DNA of 64,000 bases from Betaproteobacteria bacterium (GTDB lineage Bacteria; Pseudomonadota; Gammaproteobacteria; Burkholderiales; CAIKXV01), in contig JAJTHE010000040.1 in NCBI GenBank assembly GCA_021298815.1, positions 3,999 to 67,998 on the forward strand, written 5' to 3'. The first letter of the stretch is position 1, and every line of letters begins with the position of its first letter. The translations under genes were made by a program, and so were the position numbers. This document shows, piece by piece, positions 1 to 9,022 of this stretch. The notes under the pieces are model-generated. The model had not been told where the DNA came from. It made no database searches and saw only the letters and a list, made by a program, of their open reading frames with translations.

Positions 1-208
1 GGCGCGACAGCACCGCCTCGAGCTGCACCTTGGTGACGGGACCACCGGCCACGTCCGGGTCGAGCACCTTCACCACCAGGAAATGCTTCTCGCGGTCGCG
101 CGGCACCACGGCGGTCCACTTGCCCAGCAGCAGCTTGCGCGGATCGACCCGGTTGCGCGCCGGTGCGGAGCCCTCCCCGGCCGCCCGCCCCTTGCCGTGC
201 GCCTCCAC
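1..208 (-). CDS. TIGR02450-like Trp-rich small protein, 5' part only (continues past the left window edge)
   Basis: Absent from the ORF track because it has no stop inside the window. My translation of the reverse strand from GTG 208 is VEAHGKGRAAGEGSAPARNRVDPRKLLLGKWTAVVPRDREKHFLVVKVLDPDVAGGPVTKVQLEAVLSR. The KLLxxKWTAV..P..REKHFLV...LEAV core matches what I remember of the TIGR02450 family. It begins 4 nt after the stop of the upstream M20 gene. The start codon is uncertain. Confidence 0.45.
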   Translation of the reverse strand, partial: MEAHGKGRAAGEGSAPARNRVDPRKLLLGKWTAVVPRDREKHFLVVKVLDPDVAGGPVTKVQLEAVLSR

Positions 209-212
209 CCGC

Positions 213-1508
213 TCAGCCCTTCGCCGGCCGTGGCCTCGAGCAGATGTCGAGCGCCATCAACGCGTAGATCTGCGCCGCCTTGACCATCACGTCGATCTCG
301 ATCTCTTCCGCGCGCGGGCCGATGCGCCGGCCGCGCGGGCCGATCTTGATCGCCGGGATGCCCAGTTCGTTGTAGACGTTGGTATCGGTCCAGATGCTCG
401 CCCTGTCGGGCGCCTCGTGCCGGATCGCCTCGCCGAACAGGTGGCGGTAGATGCCTTCGGCCGCACCGACCAGCGGCTCGACGCCCTTGCCTTCATGGCC
501 GAGCAGCGACTTGTACAGGTCCATCTCGTACTCGATGCCCAGTGCGTCGAGCACGCGCTCGAGCTGTGCCTTGATCTCGACCGGGCGCACCTGCGGCGGC
601 ATCCGGATGTCGACATAGATCGTGCACACGCCGGGGAAGTAGTTCGGCCGGTACGGTGCGCCACCCTCGATCGCGCCGATGTTCACCTTCGGGTACAGCG
701 GCCCGGTCGGCGACTGGTACACGTTGTCGCGCTCGAAGCCGTCGGCCCATTGCTCGACCGCGGCGATCACCCGCGTCATCTTGACGATGGCATTGAGCTC
801 GGACATCGGCATCTTCGCGCGGTCGGAGCCCCAGGCGGCCTCGGCCTTGCCATAGGTGGCGATCTTCAATTGCACGACCCCGGTCTGCGTCCAGACGATG
901 TTGAGGTCGGAGCAGTCGGCGCACACCGCATAGTCGGTGTGCATGCCATGGGTGAGCAGGTGCCGGGTGCCCGCGCCTTCGCCACGGTATTCCTTCGTCT
1001 GCCACGGGCCGACCGGCGTGCGAGAGATCTCGCCCACCACCGCCGCGAACACCACGTCGCCCTTGAGCGCGACGCCGCTCGCCTTCAGTGCCTTCGCAGC
1101 CATCATGAAGGAGGCGACGCCCCCCTTCATGTTGGAGATGCCCAGGCCACGCACCACGCGGCCGTCGACGATCGAGCCGCGCAGCTCGGACTGCGGCTCG
1201 ACCGAGCGCACCATGCGCAGGTCCTCGTCGGTGCCGGTGAAGCTGGTGTCGGTGTGCCCGTTGAAGCCCAGGCTCAGGCCTTCGCCGGAACCCTTCAGGA
1301 TGCCGACCGCGTTGGGACGACCCGCCTCCACTTCCTGGGTGATCGCCTTCAGGCCCTGCCGGCGGAACCAGTCGACGATGAACTCGGCGACCTGCTTCTC
1401 CTGCCCGGTGGGGCTGGGGATGTCGGTGAGGTCGCAGCCGAGCTGTGCCAGCTCGTCGCGGTCGATGTGTGCGAGGACGCGTTTCGCCGCGTCGGTGTCC
1501 AGTGCCAT
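213..1508 (-). CDS. M20-family metallopeptidase/deacylase (ArgE/DapE/CPG2-like)
   Basis: 431-aa track ORF with M20-type metal-ligand context (LSLGFNGHTDTSF, FAAVVGEIS). GGGGAGG Shine-Dalgarno lies 6 nt before ATG 1508. The substrate cannot be inferred. Confidence 0.85.
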   Translation of the reverse strand: MALDTDAAKRVLAHIDRDELAQLGCDLTDIPSPTGQEKQVAEFIVDWFRRQGLKAITQEVEAGRPNAVGILKGSGEGLSLGFNGHTDTSFTGTDEDLRMVRSVEPQSELRGSIVDGRVVRGLGISNMKGGVASFMMAAKALKASGVALKGDVVFAAVVGEISRTPVGPWQTKEYRGEGAGTRHLLTHGMHTDYAVCADCSDLNIVWTQTGVVQLKIATYGKAEAAWGSDRAKMPMSELNAIVKMTRVIAAVEQWADGFERDNVYQSPTGPLYPKVNIGAIEGGAPYRPNYFPGVCTIYVDIRMPPQVRPVEIKAQLERVLDALGIEYEMDLYKSLLGHEGKGVEPLVGAAEGIYRHLFGEAIRHEAPDRASIWTDTNVYNELGIPAIKIGPRGRRIGPRAEEIEIDVMVKAAQIYALMALDICSRPRPAKG

Positions 1509-1530
1509 TGCGTGCCTCCCCTTTGGAGCT

Positions 1531-2499
1531 TCAGTCGATCTTTATCTTCGCCGTGGTCACCACTTCGCGCCACAGCTTGATTTCCCGCGCCAGCTTGTCC
1601 CGGAACATGGCGCCGGTGGTGCCGTCGATGTCCCAGCCGAGGTTCTCCAGGTTGGTGCGGCCCTGGCCGGTGGTCACCACCGCGATGAGCGCGGACTCGA
1701 GCCGGTTGAAGATCTCCTTCGGCAGGCCGCGCGGCGCGGCGAATCCCTGCCAGGACAGGATCTCCATGTCCTTGTAGCCCAGTTCGGTGAGCGTCGGCAC
1801 GTCGGCGAACTGCGCGATGCGCTTGCCGCTGGTCACCGCCATCGCACGCAGCCGGCCGCTGCGGATATGGTTGGCGGCGCTGCCCAGGCTGGTGAAGGTG
1901 AGGTCGACCTCGCCGCCCAGCATCGCGGCCATCGTCGCCCCGGCGCCCTTGAACGGGACGATGATCGCGCTGGTCTTCGTGCGCAGCATCAGCAGTTCCG
2001 AGGTCATGTGGCCCGACGAGCCGAGGCCGGCGACGCCGAAGGTGTGCTTGCCCGGGCTGGACCGCAGCAGCGCCACCACTTCCTTGACGTTCGCCGCGGG
2101 TACCTTGCTGCTCGCCACCAGCACGTTGGGCGTGTTCGCGGACAGGCTCAGCAGGTCGAAGTCGCGCAGGGAGTCGTAGCCCGGGTCCTTGTAGTTGACC
2201 ATGTTGATCGCGAACGTGCCGACCGAACCGATCAGCAGCGTGTTTCCGTCGGGATTGGCCTTCGCCGCCATCGTCGCGCCGATGGTGCTGTTGGCGCCGG
2301 CGCGGATGTCGACCACGATCGTCTGGCCGAGGTTCTCCTGCAGCCGGGCCGCGACCTCGCGCCCGACGACATCCGAGGGACCGCCGGCCGCGAACGGCAC
2401 GATCAGCCGGATCGGCCGGTTCGGCCAGCCCTGTGCCGACGCCATGCCGCTGACCAGCAGCCCGGCGAGGATGCTGCCGATGATCAGACGCTTGTTCAT
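1531..2499 (-). CDS. Bug/TctC-family periplasmic solute-binding protein
   Basis: Track ORF 1531..3579 trimmed to internal ATG 2499. MNKRLIIGSILAGLLVSGMASAQGWPNRPIRLIVPFAAGGPSD is a signal peptide followed by the family hallmark (P-x-R-P-I/V..V-P-F..G-G). GGAGG SD is present. The start overlaps the stop of the upstream GMC gene (ATGA 2496-2499). 322 aa is the usual family size. Confidence 0.9.
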   Translation of the reverse strand: MNKRLIIGSILAGLLVSGMASAQGWPNRPIRLIVPFAAGGPSDVVGREVAARLQENLGQTIVVDIRAGANSTIGATMAAKANPDGNTLLIGSVGTFAINMVNYKDPGYDSLRDFDLLSLSANTPNVLVASSKVPAANVKEVVALLRSSPGKHTFGVAGLGSSGHMTSELLMLRTKTSAIIVPFKGAGATMAAMLGGEVDLTFTSLGSAANHIRSGRLRAMAVTSGKRIAQFADVPTLTELGYKDMEILSWQGFAAPRGLPKEIFNRLESALIAVVTTGQGRTNLENLGWDIDGTTGAMFRDKLAREIKLWREVVTTAKIKID

Positions 2500-4133
2500 G
2501 CTTGGCCTCCAGTTGGAATAGGGGTCGCCGCCGGCATGGCCTGCCCGCGGACAAGCTCCGCTGCGCGCTCGGCGATCATCAGCACGCAGGCATTGATGTG
2601 GGCGGATACCAGGTCGGGCATCACCGACGCATCGGCCACCCGCAGGCGCGCGATGCCATGCACCCGCAGCGCGGGATCGACCACCGCATCCGGACCGTCG
2701 CCCATTCTGCACGTGCCCGCCGGATGATGCACGGTGGTCGCGGTGCGCCGGATCCACGCCTCGACCGCTGCGCGGCTGCGCACCTCCGGCCCCGGCGTGA
2801 GCTGCCGGCCCCGGAACGGCGCCAGCGGCCCGGACAGCGCGAGGTCGCGTGCCCGCTCGAAGCCCTCGACCAGCGTCGCCATGTCGGCCGGATCGGACAG
2901 CAGGTTGAACAGGATGCGCACCCGGTCGGCAGGATCGGCCGAGCGCAGCGTGACTTCGCCGCGGCTCGCGGGATGCAGCAACGCCGGCCGGATGCCATAG
3001 CCGTCCTCGCCCGCCGGCCGCAGCAGCGGGAACCACAGCCGCGGCTTCATCGGCGCGCAGCGGAACATGAACTCGATGTCCGGCACCTCGAGTTGCGGCT
3101 GCGACTTCACGAATGCATACAGCGCGCTGGGCAGCATGGTGGCCGGCCCGGTGCCGGTGAGCCATGCGCGCAGCATGCTCGCCGCCATCCGGTCGGCCCG
3201 CAGTTCGGCATGGAACGGGCCGGGCGTACGCCGCGCGAAGGTGAGCGCGACCGCCACGTGGTCCTGCAGGTTGCGGCCCACCGGCAGGTCGGCCAGCACC
3301 GGGATGCCGAGCCGTTCGAGCTGCGCGGCCGGCCCGATGCCGGAGAGCATCAGCACCTGCGGCGAATTGAAGGTGCCCGCCGACACGATGACTTCGCCGG
3401 CGGCCGCCGCGCGTTGCAGGCGGCCGCCGGCGCGGTACTCGACGCCGGTTGCCGCACCACCTTCGACCAGGATGCGCGCCACGCAGGCGCCGGTGACCAC
3501 CTTCAGGTTGCGGCGGTGGCGCACCGGCCGCAGGTAGGACACCGCCGCCGAGGAGCGCCGCCCGCGATCGATGAAGCATTGCCCGCGGCCGAACCCTTCA
3601 TGCCGTTCGCCGTTGAAGTCCGGGTTCACCGGGTAGCCGGCCTCCCGCCCCGCCTGCAGCCAGGCCTCGTTCAGCGGATCGACGAAGCGGGACCACTGGA
3701 CTCCGGTCGGACCATCGCCGCCGCGGTAGTCGCTCGCGCCGCCCTCCCAGCGCTCGCTGCGCCGGAACCAGGGCAGGACGTCGGCATACCCCCAGCCCCG
3801 GGCGCCCTGCCGCGCCCAGCGGTCGTAGTCGCCCCGGTCGCCGCGGGTGCAGGCCATTATGTTTACCGACGAGGACCCACCGAGCACCTTGCCGCGCATC
3901 GCCTCCAGCGAACGGCCGCCGAGCGCGGGTTCGGGCTCGGTATGCAGGCCCCAGTCGAACAGCTCGTGCTCGTGCAGCTTGCCCACGCCGAGCGGCACGT
4001 GGATCAGCGGATGCCAGTCGATACCGCCCGCCTCCAGCAGCAGCACCTTCGCCTGCGGATCCTCGGACAGCCGGGCGGCGAGCACGCAGCCCGCGGAGCC
4101 GGCACCGACGATGATGTAGTCCCAGCCCGCCAC
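2496..4133 (-). CDS. GMC-family FAD-dependent oxidoreductase (choline/alcohol dehydrogenase-like)
   Basis: 545-aa track ORF with a GTG start. It has the N-terminal FAD fold WDYIIVGAGSAGCVLAARLSED, the GGSSSVNIM signature region, and C-terminal HHPAGTCRMG plus DASVMPDLVSAHINA. Confidence 0.9.
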   Translation of the reverse strand: MAGWDYIIVGAGSAGCVLAARLSEDPQAKVLLLEAGGIDWHPLIHVPLGVGKLHEHELFDWGLHTEPEPALGGRSLEAMRGKVLGGSSSVNIMACTRGDRGDYDRWARQGARGWGYADVLPWFRRSERWEGGASDYRGGDGPTGVQWSRFVDPLNEAWLQAGREAGYPVNPDFNGERHEGFGRGQCFIDRGRRSSAAVSYLRPVRHRRNLKVVTGACVARILVEGGAATGVEYRAGGRLQRAAAAGEVIVSAGTFNSPQVLMLSGIGPAAQLERLGIPVLADLPVGRNLQDHVAVALTFARRTPGPFHAELRADRMAASMLRAWLTGTGPATMLPSALYAFVKSQPQLEVPDIEFMFRCAPMKPRLWFPLLRPAGEDGYGIRPALLHPASRGEVTLRSADPADRVRILFNLLSDPADMATLVEGFERARDLALSGPLAPFRGRQLTPGPEVRSRAAVEAWIRRTATTVHHPAGTCRMGDGPDAVVDPALRVHGIARLRVADASVMPDLVSAHINACVLMIAERAAELVRGQAMPAATPIPTGGQA

Positions 4134-4139
4134 CAGCGT

Positions 4140-5105
4140 TCAGTCCACCGGCTTGATGCCGGCCTCTTTCGCCAGCCGCACCATGCGCACCGCCTGATCC
4201 TTCATCATCGCAGCCATCTGGGCGGGCGTACCGCCGGCGATGTCCAGCCCGGCGTCGGACAGGCGCGCCCGCGTGTCCTTCTCGGCCAGCACGCGGTTCA
4301 GCTCCGTGTTCAACCGGCCGACGATCGAGGCGGGCGTCGCGGGCGGCACCGCCATGCCCATCCAGCCCTCGAACTCGAAGCCGTCGAGCCCGGCTGCGGC
4401 GATCGTCGGCACCCCGGGCAGCGCGTCCGACGCGCGGCTGCCGGTCACGCCCAGCGCGCGCACCTTGCCGGCACGCACCTGCTGGATCGCCTCGGGGATG
4501 GTCTGGAACATCAGGTCGACCTGGCCGCCGAGCAGGTCGACCATCGCCGGCGCACCACCCTTGTACGGCACGTGGACCATCTTCACCTTCGCCAGGCTGC
4601 CGAACAGCTCGCCCGACATGTGCTGCGAGGATCCGTTGCCGCCGGAACCGTAGTTCAGCACGCCGGGACGGGTGCGTGCCAGTGCGATGAATTCCTTCAC
4701 CGACTTCGCAGGCACCGAGGGATTCACGATCAGCACATTGCCCTGGTAGACGACCATGCCGACCGGCGCGAGGTCCTTCAGCGGGTCGTACGGCATCCGG
4801 GTGTAGATGGCCAGGTTGCCGCCGAGCGCCCCCCCGCTGGACAGCAGGAACGCATAGCCATCCGGCGTGGCGCGTGCGACCACCTCACCGGCGATGTTGC
4901 CGCCGGCGCCCGGGCGGGTCTCGATCACCACCGGCTGCGCGAGCAGTTCCGAAAGCCGCGGCGCGACGATCCGACCCACGAGGTCGACGCTGCCGCCGGC
5001 GGCAAAGCCGATCACCATGCGCACCGGCTTGGTCGGCCAGAACTGGGCCAGCGCAGGGGCAGTCGATGTCGCGGCGACCAGTGCGACAGCCAGCATCCGG
5101 ATCAT
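4140..5105 (-). CDS. Bug/TctC-family periplasmic solute-binding protein
   Basis: 321-aa track ORF: MIRMLAVALVAATSTAPALAQFWPTKPVRMVIGFAAGGSVD. GAGGAG SD precedes ATG 5105. Confidence 0.9.
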   Translation of the reverse strand: MIRMLAVALVAATSTAPALAQFWPTKPVRMVIGFAAGGSVDLVGRIVAPRLSELLAQPVVIETRPGAGGNIAGEVVARATPDGYAFLLSSGGALGGNLAIYTRMPYDPLKDLAPVGMVVYQGNVLIVNPSVPAKSVKEFIALARTRPGVLNYGSGGNGSSQHMSGELFGSLAKVKMVHVPYKGGAPAMVDLLGGQVDLMFQTIPEAIQQVRAGKVRALGVTGSRASDALPGVPTIAAAGLDGFEFEGWMGMAVPPATPASIVGRLNTELNRVLAEKDTRARLSDAGLDIAGGTPAQMAAMMKDQAVRMVRLAKEAGIKPVD

Positions 5106-5249
5106 GGTGCTCTCCTCGGGTGACGGGATGGCCGGGAAACGACGACCGCAGCAACAATCGCGCCGCTACGTCCGGCATGGCGGACGGTGCCGGCGCGGCC
5201 CGGCCGCACCGGCCACCGGGTGCCGGACGCGGCCTGCCTCTGCGGTCGC

Positions 5250-6893
5250 TCAGGTGTTCATCTGCGAGAAGCGGACGGTGGCGGCACGGGCGCGGTAGTC
5301 GGTCACCACGTTGACCACCGCCGGGATGCCGGCGTCGACCGCGCGCTGCGCACGCTCCAGCGCCGGACGGATGTCCTCGGGCTTCTCGACATATTCGCCG
5401 TGTGCGCCGAGCGCGATCGCCATCTGGTCGTAGCGGGTGTAGCCGAGGTCGCGGCCGGGCTTCTTGCGTTCGGCGTCGCCGGTCCAGCCACCGTTCAGGC
5501 TGATCACCACCAGCACCGGGATGCGGTGGCGGATCGCGGTGTCGAGCTCGAAGCCGTTGAGGCCGAACGAGCCGTCGCCATGCAGCACGATCACCGGCGT
5601 GTCCGGCTTGGCCATCTTGGCGCCGACGCCGAACGGCATGCCCACGCCCATCGTGCCGAACGGCCCGGAGTTGAGCCGGTGTCCGGCGACATGGGTCGGG
5701 ATCGACTGCCGGCCGTAGTTCAGGATCTCCTGGCCGTCGACGCAGAGGATCGCCTCGCGCGGCATGAAGTCGCGCACCTCCTTGCACAGGCGAAGCGGAT
5801 GGATCGGCACCTGGTCGGTGGACAGGTCGCGCTCCTGCTGTGCCTGCTTCTCGACGTTGATCGCCTGCAGCCGCTCGCGCCATGCCGAGTAGCGCGCCGG
5901 ATCGACGCGCCCGCGCGCCGCCGCCGCCAGCTGCATCAGCACGGCCTTCGCATCGCCGACCAGGCCGACGTCGAGCCGCTGCGTCGAGGCGATCTCGCCG
6001 GGATCGACATCGATGCGGATGACCTTCGCATCGGCGCGTAAGCGTGGCGGCTTCAGGTGGCCGAACACGTAGTTGACCCGGGTGCCGACCACCAGGATCG
6101 CATCGGCTTCCTTCAAGGCGGTCGAGCGCGCGTTCGGATAGCACAGCGGATGGTCCTCGGGCACCACGCCCCGGCCCTGCGGCGTCGTGTAGAACGGCAT
6201 GCCGCTGCCTTCGATCCAGGACCGCAGTTCGGGCGCCGCATCAGACCAGAGCACGCCGCTGCCCGACAGCACGACCGGCCTCTCGGCGGCCGCCAGGATG
6301 CCGATGGCCGCCTCGATGCCGGCGGCATCGGCCTGCGGGCGGCTGCGCACCGGCCCGGTGACCTTCGGCCAGACGACCGTCGCCTCGTCGACCGAACCGA
6401 GCAGCACGTCGGTCGGGAAGTCGAGGTACACCGGGCCGGGCTTGCCGGCCCAGGCGGTACGGAAGGCGAGGTCTATCAGTTCCGGGATGCGGCGCGTCTC
6501 GTAGCAGCGCTCGGCCCACTTGACCATCGGCCGTGCCAGCGCGACCTGGTCGATCTCCTGGAAGCTGCTGGTGCCCCACTCGCTCCACGGGCTGGAGCCG
6601 CCGAGCGCGACCACCGGGGCGCAGTCGACCAGTGCCGTGGCGAGGCCGCTCACCAGGTTGATGGTGCCCGGGCCGGAGCAGGCCATGCACACGCCGGACT
6701 TGTTGGCCACGCGCGAATAGGCATGCGCCATCATCGCCGCGCCCTGTTCGTGGCGCACGTCGATGCCGCGCATGCCGCGATCGATGCAGGCCTTCTCGGC
6801 ACCGAGCATCGGCGCGCCCATCAGGAAGAAGAAGGTATCGACGCCATGCTTCTCGAGGGCCTGGGCGACGAGTTCGGAACCGGTGACGGGCAT
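5250..6893 (-). CDS. Thiamine-diphosphate-dependent enzyme (acetolactate synthase large subunit / oxalyl-CoA decarboxylase-like)
   Basis: Track ORF 5250..7745 trimmed to ATG 6893 (MPVTGSELVAQALEKHGVDTFFFLMG). ThDP-binding motif GDGSFGLNGFELDTAIRHRIPVLVVISLNGGW is present. 547 aa fits the three-domain family. GGAGGAG SD is present. Confidence 0.85.
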   Translation of the reverse strand: MPVTGSELVAQALEKHGVDTFFFLMGAPMLGAEKACIDRGMRGIDVRHEQGAAMMAHAYSRVANKSGVCMACSGPGTINLVSGLATALVDCAPVVALGGSSPWSEWGTSSFQEIDQVALARPMVKWAERCYETRRIPELIDLAFRTAWAGKPGPVYLDFPTDVLLGSVDEATVVWPKVTGPVRSRPQADAAGIEAAIGILAAAERPVVLSGSGVLWSDAAPELRSWIEGSGMPFYTTPQGRGVVPEDHPLCYPNARSTALKEADAILVVGTRVNYVFGHLKPPRLRADAKVIRIDVDPGEIASTQRLDVGLVGDAKAVLMQLAAAARGRVDPARYSAWRERLQAINVEKQAQQERDLSTDQVPIHPLRLCKEVRDFMPREAILCVDGQEILNYGRQSIPTHVAGHRLNSGPFGTMGVGMPFGVGAKMAKPDTPVIVLHGDGSFGLNGFELDTAIRHRIPVLVVISLNGGWTGDAERKKPGRDLGYTRYDQMAIALGAHGEYVEKPEDIRPALERAQRAVDAGIPAVVNVVTDYRARAATVRFSQMNT

Positions 6894-6945
6894 TGCGTGC
6901 TCCTCCGTGTGGTGCACCCGGCTCGCGATGCGTGGCACGGGTTTC

Positions 6946-6955
6946 ATCATATGAT
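6946..6955. promoter_or_regulatory. AT-rich perfect palindrome ATCATATGAT (followed by GATCGATC) upstream of the ThDP-enzyme gene
   Basis: Read directly. It lies 53 nt upstream of ATG 6893, in the 77-nt gap after DUF1028. It may be an operator or part of a promoter, or it may be chance. Confidence 0.2.
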
Positions 6956-6970
6956 CGATCGTTTGGTCGT

Positions 6971-7666
6971 TCAGAGAATGTAGGTCTTGCCCTGCTTCTC
7001 CATCCATTCGTTCTCGCGGCCGAACGCCTCGGGGTCGCCCGGGCGGCCATAGTAGTAGGGCAGCAGCGGCCGATGGATGTCGTAGATCCGCCGCAGTTCG
7101 GCGATCGGCTCGGGATGGTGGTCGACGCGCAGGTCGACCCACGGGAACACCTGGGTCCCGAACACCTTCAGTCCGCTCGAATGCTGCCCGCCGACCTGGC
7201 CGCCCGCGTCGCGTCCGGCTTCCAGGCCGAGCATCAGGCGCTCGTCGAGGTCGAGCGCGGCGGTCGCCTCCCACGAATCGGCCATCGCCTGCGCGGTTCG
7301 TTCGCTGGTCAGGTAGTTGCCCATCGCCACCAGGTTGCGGCGCGTGACCGCGCCCGACCAGACCTTGTTGTTGGCGCCGGTGCGCGCCACCGCGTTGCCG
7401 TCGCGGTCGATCACGCAGATCTGCCGGAACTCGATGCGCGGGTCGCTGGACGCGATCTGCGCCAGCGTGGCCGCCGCGGAGAAGCCCTGCTCGAGCAGGT
7501 TCAGGCCCAGCGGGCCCAGGCGCGGGTCGGTGGTGGCCATGGTGACCACCAGCCCGACGTTGGGCGCGATGAAGGGGCAGCGCGCGCCGACCGCGACCGG
7601 GTTGGTCGAGATCGCGACGCCGAAGCGTCCGGTGCGTTCGCAGCGTCCTGCGATGGCGAAGGTCAT
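6971..7666 (-). CDS. DUF1028-family protein (Ntn-hydrolase-like fold)
   Basis: 231-aa track ORF. The N-terminus MTFAIAGRCERTGRFGVAISTNP and overall size match my memory of DUF1028 proteins. Confidence 0.75.
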   Translation of the reverse strand: MTFAIAGRCERTGRFGVAISTNPVAVGARCPFIAPNVGLVVTMATTDPRLGPLGLNLLEQGFSAAATLAQIASSDPRIEFRQICVIDRDGNAVARTGANNKVWSGAVTRRNLVAMGNYLTSERTAQAMADSWEATAALDLDERLMLGLEAGRDAGGQVGGQHSSGLKVFGTQVFPWVDLRVDHHPEPIAELRRIYDIHRPLLPYYYGRPGDPEAFGRENEWMEKQGKTYIL

Positions 7667-7704
7667 GCCGGTCTCCTGTTGGCAGCGGGAAGGTTTCGAA
7701 GCAT

Positions 7705-8694
7705 CTACTGCGGCGGGATGCGCGCAGCCTTGACGATCGCGGCATAACGCGCGATGTCCGCCTTGATGAAGGCGCCGAACGACTCGGGGCTGCCGCCGGC
7801 GACGTCCAGCCCGAGGTCGAACAGCCGCGCGCGCAGGTCTGCGCCCAGCATCTTCTGCACTTCGCCGTTCAGGCGCAGCACGATCTCGCGTTGCACCGCA
7901 GCCGGTGCCATCAGGCCGATCCAGCCGCGCAGTTCGTAGCCCTTGAGCCCGGACTCGTCCAGCGTGGGCAGGTCGGGGAACACCTTCGAGCGGTCGCGCG
8001 AGGTGACGGCCAGCGGCCTGACCTTGCCGGCCTTCACCATCGGCACGGACGACGGCGCGGTATCGAACATGAAGTCGATCTGGCCGCCCAGCAGGTCAGC
8101 CATCGCGGGCGCCCCGCCCTTGTACGGCACGTGCACGATCTGCGCCCCGGTCATCATCGCGAACAGCTCGGCCGACATGTGCTGCGTGGCGCCAATGCCC
8201 GACGAGCCGTAGTTGAGCGTGCCGGGCCGCGCGCGCGCAAGCGCGATGAACTCCTTCACCGAGCGCGCCGGCACCGACGGATGCACGATCAGCACGTTCG
8301 GCTGGTTGGCCACCAGCGCGACCGGCGCCAGGTCGCGCAGAGGATCGTACGGCAGCTTTGCATAGACGCTCGGCGCCGAGCTGATCGCCGCCGCACTGCC
8401 CATCAGGAGCGTGTAGCCGTCCGGGGCCGCGCGCACCACGGCGTCGGTGCCGATGATGCCGGCCGCCCCGGCCCGGTTGTCGACCACGAACGGCTGCCCG
8501 AGCGCGTCGGACAGCCGCTGGCCGGTGAGCCGGGCGACGGTGTCGATGCTGCCCCCGGGCGGGAACGCGACGACGATTCGCGTCGGCCGGGACGGCCAGG
8601 CGCCCGGCTGTGCCGGCGCCAGTTGCGGCCAGGCGGCCAGCGCCGCGGCAAGGGCGGCGGCGCTGGCCACGGAAAGGGCAGGAACGGCAGTCAC
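7705..8694 (-). CDS. Bug/TctC-family periplasmic solute-binding protein
   Basis: Track ORF 7705..8913 carries a ~70-aa Arg-rich N-terminus that looks non-genuine. The mature part AWPSRPTRIVVAFPPGGSIDTVARL is typical. No in-frame ATG precedes the signal-like VTAVPALSVASAAALAAALAAWPQLAPAQP, so I place the start at GTG 8694 (TTG 8718 is also possible). The start is uncertain. Confidence 0.75.
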   Translation of the reverse strand: MTAVPALSVASAAALAAALAAWPQLAPAQPGAWPSRPTRIVVAFPPGGSIDTVARLTGQRLSDALGQPFVVDNRAGAAGIIGTDAVVRAAPDGYTLLMGSAAAISSAPSVYAKLPYDPLRDLAPVALVANQPNVLIVHPSVPARSVKEFIALARARPGTLNYGSSGIGATQHMSAELFAMMTGAQIVHVPYKGGAPAMADLLGGQIDFMFDTAPSSVPMVKAGKVRPLAVTSRDRSKVFPDLPTLDESGLKGYELRGWIGLMAPAAVQREIVLRLNGEVQKMLGADLRARLFDLGLDVAGGSPESFGAFIKADIARYAAIVKAARIPPQ

Positions 8695-8765
8695 GACAGG
8701 CGGGGACGCGGTAGGCAAGGCAGCTCCGGCAGGATACGGGATACGGCCCGGAGACCCGGTCCCGC

Positions 8766-8775
8766 TGTGATCACA
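8766..8775. promoter_or_regulatory. Perfect palindrome TGTGATCACA, left copy
   Basis: Read directly. It lies about 70 nt upstream of the minus-strand TctC start, and the same 10-mer recurs at 9023-9032. Confidence 0.4.
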
Positions 8776-8923
8776 CGTTACCGCGCCATCGTTCGCATGG
8801 CAACCGCGATGCACGGGCGTCCGTCGTCGGCCGCTTCGACGGCGGCCTCGGCCGGCCAGGCTTGCAGCGGCGATGCACCTGCAGTGCGCACCGGTGGACC
8901 GGCGGCGCGCCACGGCGCACCAT

Positions 8924-8961
8924 CGCGATGCCGCCTGCCGCGCCGCACGGGCGGCATCGCG
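8924..8961. other. Strong stem-loop: 12-bp perfect inverted repeat CGCGATGCCGCC / GGCGGCATCGCG with a 14-nt loop
   Basis: Read directly. It sits in the divergent intergenic region between the two TGTGATCACA copies and has no flanking T-run. Confidence 0.35.
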
Positions 8962-9022
8962 CCGTGCGATCCTGCCGGCCAGGGAGGCAGGACGGACTGG
9001 TACGGAACGTGCATCCCGACGA

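Noticed and set aside
1531-3579. 5'-extended versions of real genes in the track: 1531..3579, 5250..7745, 7705..8913, 26723..31123, 34393..37128, 35106..39263, 51733..52662, 52131..53438, 53105..56536, 56549..58618, 58826..60502, 59977..60885, 60645..61796 and 61591..63105.
   Set aside because: The extensions overlap the upstream gene, are compositionally junk-like, and precede an internal start that has a Shine-Dalgarno and/or a family-typical N-terminus. The genes were therefore trimmed rather than reported at full ORF length.
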